Assembly (NCBI GenBank): GCA_965228345.1
Contig: CBDDHH010000003.1
Location: forward strand, 181,806 to 245,805
Direction: 5' to 3'
Length of the DNA: 64,000 bases
Source: Alphaproteobacteria bacterium
GTDB lineage: Bacteria; Pseudomonadota; Alphaproteobacteria; UBA7985
The position numbers were made by a program, and so were the translations under genes. Of the stretch, positions 8,735-18,050 are shown piece after piece (within the stretch, counting starts at the first letter, position 1; each line of letters begins with the position of its first letter). The notes beneath the pieces were generated by a model. The model made no database searches. It saw only the letters and a program-made list of their open reading frames with translations, and was not told the origin of the DNA.

Positions 8735-10019
8735 GCCTGGGCTCGACATTCAGACGGCTCGGGTTTTTTTGCCTTTGCTGGAGCCTGCTCGCTACAAGGC
8801 CGCTTACGGCGGGCGCGGGTCGGGTAAGTCGCATTTCTTTGGCGAATTGGCGGTTGAAGAGGCCTTGCGGTTTCCTGGCGAGTGCGGTGAGGGCTTGGCC
8901 TTGGTCTGTGTTCGGGAGGTGCAAAAGAGCCTCAAGGATTCAGCCAAGCGGTTGATTGAGGGGAAGATCCGCGCCTTTGGGCTCGGTGAGCCGCAGGGGT
9001 TTAGGGTTTGGAACGACCGCATCGAGTTGCCCAAGGGTGGGCAGATCATCTTTCAAGGGATGCAGGATCACACGGCGGAGTCCGTCAAGTCGCTTGAGGG
9101 GTTTCATCGGGCCTGGGTTGAGGAAGCGCAGACGCTTTCGGTGACTTCGCTGGAGTTGTTGCGGCCGACCATTCGTGCGCCTGGCTCGGAGTTGTGGTTT
9201 AGCTGGAACCCGAGGCGCAAGGCTGACCCCGTGGACGCCATGCTGCGCGGGGAGACTTTGCCGACCGGCGCGGTGGTGGTGCGGGCCAATTGGGACGACA
9301 ACCCTTGGTTCCCCGATACGCTCGACCAGGAGCGCCAAGATTGCTTGCGCGATGCGCCTGAGATGTATGAGCATATCTGGGAAGGGGGTTATGCGACCGT
9401 GCGCTCGGGGGCTTACTATCAGCGTGATGTGGTCAAGGCGCGGCAGGATGGGCGCCTTGGGGTGGTGACGCTGGATCCTTTGCTGCCGATTTATGCCTTT
9501 TGGGACATCGGCGTGTCCGACGCGACCGCCATCGTGGTGGCGCAGTTTGTGGGCTCGGCGCTCAAGGTGCTGGACTATTATGAGGCCACTGGCCAGCCGC
9601 TTTCGGCGCATCTGAATTGGTTGCGGCAAGCGGGCTATGGGGCGGCCAAGTGTTACTTGCCCCACGACGCTGATCAGCGCGACAAGGTGACGGCCATTCG
9701 GTTTGAGGACCATGTGCGCGCGGCGGGCTTTGCGGTGCAGACCGTGGCCAATCAGGGCAAGGGCGCGGCTTTGAAGCGGGTTGAGACCGCGCGGCGGCTG
9801 TGGCCGTCGATTTGGATCGATGAAGGCAAGGCGGGCGGGCTGATCGACGCCTTGGCCTGGTACCATGAGCGCTGGGACGACAATCGCAACATTGGCCTGG
9901 GGCCGAACCACGATTGGGCCAGCCATGGGGCCGATGCCTTTGGCCTCATGTGCGTGGCGCACGAACCGCCCAAGAGTGGGCGCAGGATTAAGCAAAGGGA
10001 GGTGCCTGTAATCGTATGA
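8703..10019 (+). CDS. Terminase large subunit (PBSX family)
   Basis: Walker A motif YGGRGSGKSHFF about 40 aa from the N-terminus; 438 aa; ATGA overlap with the portal gene. The start codon is uncertain (TTG 8703 or a nearby TTG). Confidence 0.85.
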   Translation: MHGPLLTPASEPGLDIQTARVFLPLLEPARYKAAYGGRGSGKSHFFGELAVEEALRFPGECGEGLALVCVREVQKSLKDSAKRLIEGKIRAFGLGEPQGFRVWNDRIELPKGGQIIFQGMQDHTAESVKSLEGFHRAWVEEAQTLSVTSLELLRPTIRAPGSELWFSWNPRRKADPVDAMLRGETLPTGAVVVRANWDDNPWFPDTLDQERQDCLRDAPEMYEHIWEGGYATVRSGAYYQRDVVKARQDGRLGVVTLDPLLPIYAFWDIGVSDATAIVVAQFVGSALKVLDYYEATGQPLSAHLNWLRQAGYGAAKCYLPHDADQRDKVTAIRFEDHVRAAGFAVQTVANQGKGAALKRVETARRLWPSIWIDEGKAGGLIDALAWYHERWDDNRNIGLGPNHDWASHGADAFGLMCVAHEPPKSGRRIKQREVPVIV

Positions 10020-12517
10020 GTGACATCGACCTAAGCGACGACGTGCAGCTTGCCAGCCATGTGGCGCAGTTGATTGACGGGTGTGAGAAGCATGCCGACG
10101 ATCAGGAGAAGTCGCGCCAGCCGGCGCTGGAGTACTATGACGGTATCATGACCGATACGCCCTTTGAGGCGGGGCGGACGGGGGTTGTGTCGCACGATTT
10201 GCGCGCGGCCATTAAGAAGATCATGCCGACGATCATGCGCACCTTGCTGTCGGGCGATAAGATCGTGGAGTTTGAGCCGGCGGGGCCTGGGCCTGACAAG
10301 GAACTACAAGCCCAGCAAGCGACCGACTATATGAACCATGTGGTTGTGCCCGAAGCGGGCGTTGAGGGGGCGCTTTATGACGCCATTTTTGACGCGCTGG
10401 TCGTCAAGACGGGCATTTTGAAGTGGCGGGCTTACAATCGGCGCGAAGCGACGGTCCAGCAGTACACGAGCCAGAGCGACGCGCAGTTGCTGGGGCTGGG
10501 GGGTGAGGACGGCGTTGAGATTGCCGACCTCGTGAGCGAGCCCGAGACCGACGCCGTGGCCCTGGCCGAGAATCCTGCGGCCATGCGCCATAGTTTCACT
10601 TTGCGGCGGGTGGTCGATCAGGTGGACGTGCGCCTTGAGGCCCTCCCGCGCGGGTCGTTCCTGATCCATCCCACCGCCGATAGCATCGAGGAGAGCCCGA
10701 TTGTTGGGGAGCGGCAGGTTGTCACGCGCTCCGAGTTGGTCAGCCGTGGCTACGACCGCGATTTGGTGGCGAGTTTGGCGGCCTATGCGGGCCGTGACCA
10801 TGAAGAGAGCGACAACCTGGCGCGCAAGGGTGAGGACTGGTCCGACGAGCGGATGCAGACGGCGGCGGCCATGGAAGAGGTCTTGCTCCACGAGGTCTAT
10901 GTGCGGCTTGACTTGGACGGCGACGGCATAGCGGAGTTGCACAAGGTGTGCCTGGCCGAAGGGTCGAGCGAAGAAGGCGCGGGACCTGTGGTGCTGGACC
11001 GCGAGCCTGTTGCTGAGGCGCCCTATGCCAAGGTGATCGCTGAACGCGAGGCGCATCAGTTTGAAGGGCGCTCGCTGGCCGAGGACGTGGTGCCGATTCA
11101 GAAGATCAAGACGGGGTTGGTGCGGCAAACGCTGGATAATTTGGTTTGGGCCAACAATCCGACGCCCGTGGTCGATGGCGGGGCTTTGACGACGCAGGGC
11201 ATTGAGGCCATGCAGAACCCGTCGTTTGGCAAGATCGTTGAGGCCGAGGCGGGGCGGGCCAAGGATGCGGTGCAGTTTTTGACCGTGCCCTTTGTCGGTG
11301 AGAAGTCCTTTGGCATGTTGCAGTACCTGGACGAAGAATTGCGCGAACGCACGGGCGTCACCGACCAGTCGGGCGGGCTGGATCCCGAAGCGTTTCAGAA
11401 CATGACCGCGACCTCGGTGCAGTTGATGGCCGAGAGCGGCATTGCCCAGGCGGAGATGATCGTGCGCTCGCTGAGCCGTGGGATTCGCAAGGCTTTCAAG
11501 GGCTTATTGCGGCTGGTTATTGCGCATTCTGACCGTGAGCGGGCGGTTCGGCTGCGCGGCGAGTGGATCGACTACGACCCCAGGCACTGGGATGTCGATA
11601 TGGACTGTGTGGTCAATGTCGGACTTGGCGCAGGATCGAAGGAGCGGGATCTGGCGGTTTTGCAAATGGTCCATGGGTTGCAGGAGAAGCTGCTGGCGGC
11701 TTTCGGACCTGACAACCCCTATGTGAAGCCCGAGCAGGTCTTTAACGTTTTGGACAAGATCACGGAGACGGCGGGCTTTCCCGATGTGAAGCCCTACTTC
11801 ACGCGGCCTGACCCGCAGGAAGTGCAGGCGCGGCTCCAGGCCGAAGCGCAGAAGCCGAGCGAGCATGATGAGAAGGTGCAGCTTGAGCAGATGAAGGCCC
11901 AAGCCAAGGCGCAGGCGGACATGGCTAAGGCCGAGATTGAGGCGCGGTTCAAGCGCATGGAGATGGACCATCAGATTCAGCTGGAGCGGATCAAGGCCGA
12001 ACAGCAGGCTGCCGCCGCTGCGGCCAAAGAAGAAGCGCAGGCGCGGTGGAACAGCAAAGAGCAGGAATTTAAGGCGCAGCTGGACGCCGCGACTGCTGAA
12101 CGCGACCTGGCCTTGAAACGCGAACAGATGGCGGCCGATACGGCCCTAAGGCGCGAGCAGATCGCCGCCGACGAGCGGCAGAACGCGCTCAACCAATCGG
12201 TGAAGATGCGGATCGAAGCGGCCAAGCTACCGCCCGAGATGCAAGGCGGGCTTGGGGGCTTTGCCGATCAGTTGGATGCCAGCGTGAACGCTCGGCCGAT
12301 TTTGAGCGATATAGCGGCGATTAAGGACAGTTTAGCGGCGATCACGGAGGCCTTGACCAGGGCCGAGACCGAAAAGGCCGCGCCGAGGCAGATCCTGCGC
12401 GACGAAGCGGGTCAGATCATCGGGGCGCAAGTGGTGATGCCCGATGGGACGACCATCGTCAAAGAATTGCAGCGCGATGAACACGGCAACGCCGTTGGGT
12501 CGCGGGTTCTCCACTAG
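10016..12517 (+). CDS. Portal protein (P22 gp1-like) with a long C-terminal coiled-coil extension
   Basis: 833 aa, directly after terL. The N-terminal region (ALEYYDG...GRTGVVSHDLRAAIKKIMPTIMRTLL) is portal-like. The last ~230 aa are A/E/K/Q-rich heptad-like sequence. Confidence 0.75.
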   Translation: MSDIDLSDDVQLASHVAQLIDGCEKHADDQEKSRQPALEYYDGIMTDTPFEAGRTGVVSHDLRAAIKKIMPTIMRTLLSGDKIVEFEPAGPGPDKELQAQQATDYMNHVVVPEAGVEGALYDAIFDALVVKTGILKWRAYNRREATVQQYTSQSDAQLLGLGGEDGVEIADLVSEPETDAVALAENPAAMRHSFTLRRVVDQVDVRLEALPRGSFLIHPTADSIEESPIVGERQVVTRSELVSRGYDRDLVASLAAYAGRDHEESDNLARKGEDWSDERMQTAAAMEEVLLHEVYVRLDLDGDGIAELHKVCLAEGSSEEGAGPVVLDREPVAEAPYAKVIAEREAHQFEGRSLAEDVVPIQKIKTGLVRQTLDNLVWANNPTPVVDGGALTTQGIEAMQNPSFGKIVEAEAGRAKDAVQFLTVPFVGEKSFGMLQYLDEELRERTGVTDQSGGLDPEAFQNMTATSVQLMAESGIAQAEMIVRSLSRGIRKAFKGLLRLVIAHSDRERAVRLRGEWIDYDPRHWDVDMDCVVNVGLGAGSKERDLAVLQMVHGLQEKLLAAFGPDNPYVKPEQVFNVLDKITETAGFPDVKPYFTRPDPQEVQARLQAEAQKPSEHDEKVQLEQMKAQAKAQADMAKAEIEARFKRMEMDHQIQLERIKAEQQAAAAAAKEEAQARWNSKEQEFKAQLDAATAERDLALKREQMAADTALRREQIAADERQNALNQSVKMRIEAAKLPPEMQGGLGGFADQLDASVNARPILSDIAAIKDSLAAITEALTRAETEKAAPRQILRDEAGQIIGAQVVMPDGTTIVKELQRDEHGNAVGSRVLH

Positions 12518-12542
12518 GGGCTGAACGAGGGCAGGCAGAGCC

Positions 12543-12824
12543 ATGGCAACAAAGAACACGGTCGCGCCTGCGGTCAAGACGGGCGACATCATCCAATACA
12601 ACGGCGACAATGTCACGAACATCACCGAGGACAACAGCCTTGTTTATCCGATTTATTTTTCTGTGAGTGCCGGGCCTGCCCCGACGCCAACCGAGGAAGA
12701 GCCCGAGGTGGCAGAGCCTGGCGATGAGGACTCAGACCTGCCCGCCTATCTGCAAGCGACCCTAGAGATCACGGAAACCGCCGAGATCACTGAAATCACC
12801 GAAGTCGAAGAAATCCAAGTTTAG
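12543..12824 (+). CDS. Hypothetical acidic phage protein with EIT(E) micro-repeats
   Basis: 93-aa ORF, co-oriented with its neighbours. C-terminus ATLEITETAEITEITEVEEIQV. Confidence 0.4.
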   Translation: MATKNTVAPAVKTGDIIQYNGDNVTNITEDNSLVYPIYFSVSAGPAPTPTEEEPEVAEPGDEDSDLPAYLQATLEITETAEITEITEVEEIQV

Positions 12825-12839
12825 AAAAGAGGAGAAGTC

Positions 12840-13817
12840 ATGGCCTTTACATCGCGCAAGACGCAAATCGAAGAAGCAATCATTCAGGTCAACGCGCAAA
12901 TGACCGCGATCACGGGCGCGACAAGCGGGCCGCTATCGAGCGACCAAGCCGCCGCCTACGAGCGCCTCAGGGTGACGCATAGCCACTATATCGACCTTCA
13001 CGTCACCGAGGAAGAAAAAGAGGCCGCTGCCGCCGCACAAGCCGCCTATGATGCCATCGATTCAACTGCGGTCTGGACTAAGACTTATGGCGCGGTCGTG
13101 GGTGTCTTTTCAGCCTATCACGGCTATTCAGGTACGGGCGCAACGTCGCAAGTTGGCACCAACCAAAGCGAACAGGCCAGCCACCGCTTTCTAACCATGG
13201 CGGCTTGTGGTGAGGCGTGGGCCGATGAGGATTTATCGTCCAAGCTCAACTTCCAATACACGCAAATGGAAACCAATTGGTTCACGGTGGATCGGCCCTT
13301 CTGGTATTTGGGCGAAGGCTACAACGAGGACGACCAAAGCAGCAGCACCTACACCTATCCGCGCCGCCCGCACTCGTTCGTGCCGCTACGCAATTCGACC
13401 GATGCCGATATTGTGCTAAACGTGGTTTATGAGGCCAGCAGCTATTCCAGCAATTATTCGAATATGGGGTTCAATACGTGGACGCCCGACCTTACGAACA
13501 CCGAATTAGCGACCCATAGCGGCGATGTGGCGGTGACGTTTCAGAACGTCTTTCAATACTCCAGCAACACAGCCCGTCGCGCCTCAAATCAGAATATCAC
13601 CATCCCTGCGGGCAAGTCGATCATCCTGCATTACTGGTCATCTGGCAAGTATCATGCGGATGTGACCAATCACTACACCATGAACTACGTCCACGGGCTC
13701 GACATATCGGCGATTGAGACCATCGATGGGCTTGAGTGCGACAAGCAGATCATGACCAACTTCGGCAAGAATTACAAAAAGGTGGGCAGTTTGTTCCTGC
13801 CCGAGCCTACTGAATAA
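12840..13817 (+). CDS. Hypothetical protein; helical N-terminus and a Ser/Tyr/Asn/Thr-rich C-terminal domain
   Basis: 325-aa ORF with GAGGAG 6 nt upstream of the ATG. Its composition clearly differs from the neighbouring phage ORFs. Confidence 0.5.
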   Translation: MAFTSRKTQIEEAIIQVNAQMTAITGATSGPLSSDQAAAYERLRVTHSHYIDLHVTEEEKEAAAAAQAAYDAIDSTAVWTKTYGAVVGVFSAYHGYSGTGATSQVGTNQSEQASHRFLTMAACGEAWADEDLSSKLNFQYTQMETNWFTVDRPFWYLGEGYNEDDQSSSTYTYPRRPHSFVPLRNSTDADIVLNVVYEASSYSSNYSNMGFNTWTPDLTNTELATHSGDVAVTFQNVFQYSSNTARRASNQNITIPAGKSIILHYWSSGKYHADVTNHYTMNYVHGLDISAIETIDGLECDKQIMTNFGKNYKKVGSLFLPEPTE

Positions 13818-13828
13818 GGAGCCTCCCC

Positions 13829-14083
13829 ATGAGTGACAAAAAAGCAACAGTGCCGACGCGGTGGATTGAGTTTGACGCGCAAGGCAACCAGGCGGGCGTC
13901 GGGATTGATCGCGTTCCTGGGACTTATGAGGCCCCTGCGGGCTATGACCCTGCTGCGGACTTTGCGCGGCTGGTTGACGGCAAGGTGGTCCTGGAGCCGA
14001 ATTGGACGGCGGAGCAGTACGAGGCGCACGAAGAAACCAAGCGCCTAGAGCGGATTGCCAAAGCGGCCAAAGAGGCCGCCTAA
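13829..14083 (+). CDS. Hypothetical phage protein
   Basis: 84-aa ORF with GGAG upstream, in the co-oriented block. Confidence 0.4.
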   Translation: MSDKKATVPTRWIEFDAQGNQAGVGIDRVPGTYEAPAGYDPAADFARLVDGKVVLEPNWTAEQYEAHEETKRLERIAKAAKEAA

Positions 14084-14091
14084 GCTAGGCC

Positions 14092-14631
14092 ATGGCGACT
14101 TATGACGTCACCCTGACGCTGGACAAGTCCGAGATCGGCAAGACGGTCACGGCCCAGCTCTTGCTTGCCGACGCTGACGAAGCGGCGATTGAGGTGACGG
14201 GCTTCACGGCTATGTCGGCGGCGGGGCGCTATGGGGCCAACCTGCCCAGCGACCTAGCGGCGGGCGAGTACCAGATACTTTACTACGCCGACGACGTGTT
14301 CAGGGTTGATGACACCTTGACCTGGGACGGGTCTGCTATCGTTGAAGGCGGCGGCGAGCCCGTCACTCTGGCCGATGCGTCGGTCGATGCGATTGTCGAG
14401 GCCGTTGAGCGCGATGAAGGGCTTGTGAAGGGGTTGGATGCCAAGGTTGAGGCCTTGCCCGACGCTGACGCCACCGCTGAGGCTGTTTGGACCAAAGAGA
14501 CGCGCACCGTTACGGGCACCCAAGACGACGCGGCTTTGCCCGCCAATGTCAAGTATATCAATGACATAGGCGTCGGTGGGTCGGGCGTTGAGGGCGATAC
14601 TTGGGGGCCGGCGCCTAGCGAAAGCGCTTAA
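14092..14631 (+). CDS. Hypothetical phage structural protein
   Basis: 179-aa ORF, tightly packed. No family recognised. Confidence 0.45.
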   Translation: MATYDVTLTLDKSEIGKTVTAQLLLADADEAAIEVTGFTAMSAAGRYGANLPSDLAAGEYQILYYADDVFRVDDTLTWDGSAIVEGGGEPVTLADASVDAIVEAVERDEGLVKGLDAKVEALPDADATAEAVWTKETRTVTGTQDDAALPANVKYINDIGVGGSGVEGDTWGPAPSESA

Positions 14632-14634
14632 GCC

Positions 14635-15141
14635 GTGACGGCGGTTGTTGACGCCTTCGGCGGGGCCTTTGGCGCGGCTTTTGGGCCTGCCTTTGGCTGG
14701 TCGATCGACGAGCCCGAGACCGCCACCAAGCCGACCCATAGCGGGCGCGTTTGGGTTGGTGGGCAGTGGGAGGACGAGGACGATGACCCGCTGGCCACCA
14801 TCGAGGATGCGCTCGACTATCTGAACCGCAAGCCCAAGCTGACCAAGGCGGCGCGGGCCAAGATCAAGGCCAAGATCGAAGCGGCGCGCAAGGTGGCGGA
14901 GAAAGCCGCCGCCGAACAAGCGGCCCAGCAAGCGCGCATGACGGCGCAGGCGGCCCGTGAGAGTGCCGCAAGCGCCTTGCTGCGGGATCTGCCGCCTTTG
15001 CCCGATTTGGACGCGCAGCGGGTGAGTTTGGTGCGCTTGCGGGCTTGGTTTGTCGAGTTACGGGCGCGGATCAGCGCTTTTGAAGATCACAAGCGCGCCG
15101 AGGACGAGGCTGCCATATTTTTGCTGCTGATGGATGACTAG
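14635..15141 (+). CDS. Hypothetical phage protein
   Basis: 168-aa ORF with a GTG start, 3 nt after the preceding stop. Confidence 0.4.
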   Translation: MTAVVDAFGGAFGAAFGPAFGWSIDEPETATKPTHSGRVWVGGQWEDEDDDPLATIEDALDYLNRKPKLTKAARAKIKAKIEAARKVAEKAAAEQAAQQARMTAQAARESAASALLRDLPPLPDLDAQRVSLVRLRAWFVELRARISAFEDHKRAEDEAAIFLLLMDD

Positions 15142-15370
15142 ACTTAGCCAAGGGGAGGCGCTGGCCCTCCTGCACAATACCACGCTCATGGCGCTCCTGG
15201 ACCAGATGGAGGCCGATGCGCTGAACCTGGCCGTGAACGCCAGTGCCGATGAAGATTCCCGCCGTTTGGTCGCCTGCACGCGCGCCAAGGCGTTTCGAGA
15301 TTTGAGACGGAAGTTGACGACCCTTTCCGAGGGCAAGACCAATCCCGCCTCAGATACGCGCGACGGATAG
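15134..15370 (+). CDS. Hypothetical phage protein
   Basis: 78-aa ORF overlapping the previous ORF by 8 nt. Confidence 0.4.
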   Translation: MTRLSQGEALALLHNTTLMALLDQMEADALNLAVNASADEDSRRLVACTRAKAFRDLRRKLTTLSEGKTNPASDTRDG

Positions 15371-15408
15371 CCGTCCCGCGTTACCAACCTTTCACAAAGG
15401 ATTGAGAC

Positions 15409-16335
15409 ATGACCCTAGACCCTGAAACGGGCGAGGCTATGGACGATCAAGACTTAGGTCTTGAGGACTTTGCAGACTTGCCCGACGAAGCGGACACGCC
15501 CGACGAAGAGCAACCCGAAGAGGACGAAGGCGCCGATTTGGCGGCGGATCAAGACGATCAGCCAGAGGCCGATGAAGACGACCCCGACGCGGACTTGAGC
15601 GAAGGCGACAAGGTGCTGGTCACTTTGAGCGACGGCGATCAAGTCAAGCTGGAAGAACTGAAGGCAGGCTATTTCCGTCAAAAGGACTATACGCACAAAA
15701 CTGAGGAACTGGCGCGCGAGCGCGAGCAGATCGGTGAGATCCGCAAGGCTTACGACCAGCAGACTCAAGCCCTCCAAGCCGCGCAAAATGGACTTGCGCA
15801 CTATATGCAGGGGCTTGTTCCTCCCGAACCCGATCTATCCCTGGCCCAGACCAACCCTGGGCAGTACCAATACCAGCAAGCCATGCGTCAACAGGCCATG
15901 GTCGAGTTGCAACGGGTACTCCAAGCCAGTCAACAGACGCAGGCGCAAGCCACGCAGGCCGACGCGGCCGAGCTGGCCCGCTACAAGTCCGACGAGGAAG
16001 CACGGCTGATCCAAGCCATGCCAAGCCTCAAGGACCCTGGGCGGCGCAGCAAATTCCACGCGGATGTGCGGCAAGCGGCCTTGGACTTTGGCTTTAGCGA
16101 GGCAGAGATCGACACGACCCTTGACCACCGCATCCTGCGGCTGGTGCATTTTGCCCGCCACGGCAAGCAAGCCTTGGACAACCGATCCAGGGCCGCGCGT
16201 CGTGCTGGCGAGAAGCCAAGCAAGGGCAAGCGGGCACCCGGGACGGCAGCAGCCCCCCAGGCGCGCAGCAAGGCCATGGAGCGCCTCACTAAATCTGGCG
16301 ACATTGAGGACGCGGTTGCCGCGATGCTCAACTAG
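15409..16335 (+). CDS. Putative scaffolding protein
   Basis: 308 aa, immediately upstream of the capsid gene. Extremely acidic N-terminus (D/E/P-rich), Q/A-rich helical middle, basic C-terminus. Confidence 0.5.
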   Translation: MTLDPETGEAMDDQDLGLEDFADLPDEADTPDEEQPEEDEGADLAADQDDQPEADEDDPDADLSEGDKVLVTLSDGDQVKLEELKAGYFRQKDYTHKTEELAREREQIGEIRKAYDQQTQALQAAQNGLAHYMQGLVPPEPDLSLAQTNPGQYQYQQAMRQQAMVELQRVLQASQQTQAQATQADAAELARYKSDEEARLIQAMPSLKDPGRRSKFHADVRQAALDFGFSEAEIDTTLDHRILRLVHFARHGKQALDNRSRAARRAGEKPSKGKRAPGTAAAPQARSKAMERLTKSGDIEDAVAAMLN

Positions 16336-16364
16336 CCACTCTCTAACCTCGAAAGGGTAAAACT

Positions 16365-17354
16365 ATGGCTGTTTCAACAGGAGCCTTTAAGACCGGTTCA
16401 GCGAAAGTGAACCGCGAAGAACTCGCCAACGTCGTCGATGCCGTCCAACGGTCGGACACGCCGATCTATTCCATGATCGCCAATTCCACGGCCAAGTCGG
16501 TCTTTCCTGAATGGCCTGTGCGGGACTTCGATGCCCCCGCGCAGAACATCCAGTCAGAAGGGCGCGACTATGCCTTTGAGTCGGACAATCCGTCAAAGCG
16601 CATGGGCAACCATACGCAGATCTTCGCCAAGAACGGCAAGTTCACCAACACCCAAGAAACGGTCGATAATGCCGCCAAGTCCGAACAGATGGCGCGCGAC
16701 AAGATCGAAAAGGGTTTGGCCTTGCGCACCGATGTGGAATTTTCCATCGTCACGAACAACGCCTCCCTCGGCGGCGATGATCGTGTGTCGGGGTCTCTAT
16801 CGACCTGGGCCGAGACCAACGTCTCACGCGGGGCAGGCGGGGCCAATGGTGGCTACAGCGAGACCACCAAGGTCACGACCGCGCCGACCGACGGAACGCA
16901 GCGGGCCTTGAGCAAGGACCTGATCGACGATCTGCTGCAAGCGGGCTATTCGTCGGGCGCCAAGCTGACGCATATGTTCTTTAGCCCCTACGGCAAGCGG
17001 GTCTTTGCCAGCCTGATGGAAGACCCTGGCGTTGCGCAGTTCCGCTACGCGGCCAAGGGCGGCAAGAATACCATCGTTGCCACGGCAGAGATTTACCTCG
17101 GCCCCCTCGGGCAAGTCACGGTGCATCCCAACCACGTCATGGGCGCCAGCGCCACGCAAGCGCGCAACGCCTTTGTGCTGGATACCAAGCGGGTCAAGTG
17201 GAAGTGGCTGCGCGCCATCTACGAGGACAAGGACCTGGCCAAGACGGGGGACTATCGGCAGTTCGTCCTGCAAGGCGAAGGCTGCCTGTGCGTTGAGAAC
17301 GAAAAGGCGGTCGGGGTGATCGCGGATATCTATGGGCTGACGGCGACGACCTAA
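16365..17354 (+). CDS. Major capsid protein (HK97-fold, SU10/DUF5309-like by recollection)
   Basis: 329 aa, follows the scaffold gene, and is followed by a strong terminator. The family call rests on recalled sequence character only. Confidence 0.65.
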   Translation: MAVSTGAFKTGSAKVNREELANVVDAVQRSDTPIYSMIANSTAKSVFPEWPVRDFDAPAQNIQSEGRDYAFESDNPSKRMGNHTQIFAKNGKFTNTQETVDNAAKSEQMARDKIEKGLALRTDVEFSIVTNNASLGGDDRVSGSLSTWAETNVSRGAGGANGGYSETTKVTTAPTDGTQRALSKDLIDDLLQAGYSSGAKLTHMFFSPYGKRVFASLMEDPGVAQFRYAAKGGKNTIVATAEIYLGPLGQVTVHPNHVMGASATQARNAFVLDTKRVKWKWLRAIYEDKDLAKTGDYRQFVLQGEGCLCVENEKAVGVIADIYGLTATT

Positions 17355-17373
17355 GAGGCTGACCAACTGGGAA

Positions 17374-17397
17374 GGGGGCTTAGCGGCCCCCTTTTTT
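17374..17397 (+). terminator. Rho-independent terminator after the capsid gene
   Basis: GGGGGC-ttagcg-GCCCCC followed by TTTTTT. Confidence 0.8.
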
Positions 17398-17495
17398 GTA
17401 ACATTTGCACTTGGGGCTTGAAATATGAGGGTCGTATCCTTAGTGAAAGAGGTCCGTGAGGGGTTTGGACTTTCTTTGAGTTGAGGTGATGACGG

Positions 17496-18050
17496 GTGTT
17501 TGACTTAGCCAAGGCTGCCCACATGGTCGCGTTTTTTGCGCTCAAAGCGGGTCGAAATATCAACCTTATGAAGGTCGTCAAACTGGTTTACCTTGCAGAT
17601 CGGGAAAGCGTGAAGCGGATTGGTGCGCCCCTCTTACACGACGCGCGAGTCTCCATGCCGCACGGACCTGTTAACAGTGGCGTTTTGGACGCCGTGAATG
17701 GCGCCTATGACGATCCAAGATGGCGATCAGTGCTAAGGGATCGAGCCCATCATTACATTGGTGTTCAGCCAGGCATCCGCGAAGATGATCTTGATGAGCT
17801 GTCCGACTACGATGTTGAGGTCATGGAGGCGGTTTGGCAAGAGTTTGGCGCTATGGATCAGTGGGAGCTTAGCGATTGGACCCATAACAGCAACAACGTT
17901 CCTGAATGGACGAGCCCAGGTGGGGGCGCGCAACCCATCCCAATGCAGAAATTTTTTGAAGGCGTTGGCTGTGAGGACCCAGAAGGAGCGTCCGCGACTT
18001 ATCTTGCTTCCGAGGCTTATCTTAAGTTTATTCACCCGACCCACGTGTGA
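17496..18050 (+). CDS. Panacea-domain (DUF4065, SocA/GepA-like) antitoxin PanA
   Basis: The N-terminus VFDLAKAAHMVAFFALKAGRNINLMKVVKLVYLADRES...MPHGPV matches the DUF4065 pattern (x-hKLqKLlYhad...., GPV). GTG start with GAGGTG upstream. 4-nt GTGA overlap with the next ORF. Confidence 0.75.
   Translation: MFDLAKAAHMVAFFALKAGRNINLMKVVKLVYLADRESVKRIGAPLLHDARVSMPHGPVNSGVLDAVNGAYDDPRWRSVLRDRAHHYIGVQPGIREDDLDELSDYDVEVMEAVWQEFGAMDQWELSDWTHNSNNVPEWTSPGGGAQPIPMQKFFEGVGCEDPEGASATYLASEAYLKFIHPTHV

Noticed and set aside
8940-9995. 351-aa minus-strand ORF. Similar long antisense ORFs occur at 10304..11128, 14254..14931, 20880..21608, 24042..24791, 44021..44815, 46928..47899, 48986..49975 and 57198..57971
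   Set aside because: Each is antisense to a gene with clear family motifs on the other strand. The translations are Arg/Pro/Gly-rich with no recognisable domains. Long antisense ORFs are expected by chance at this GC content.
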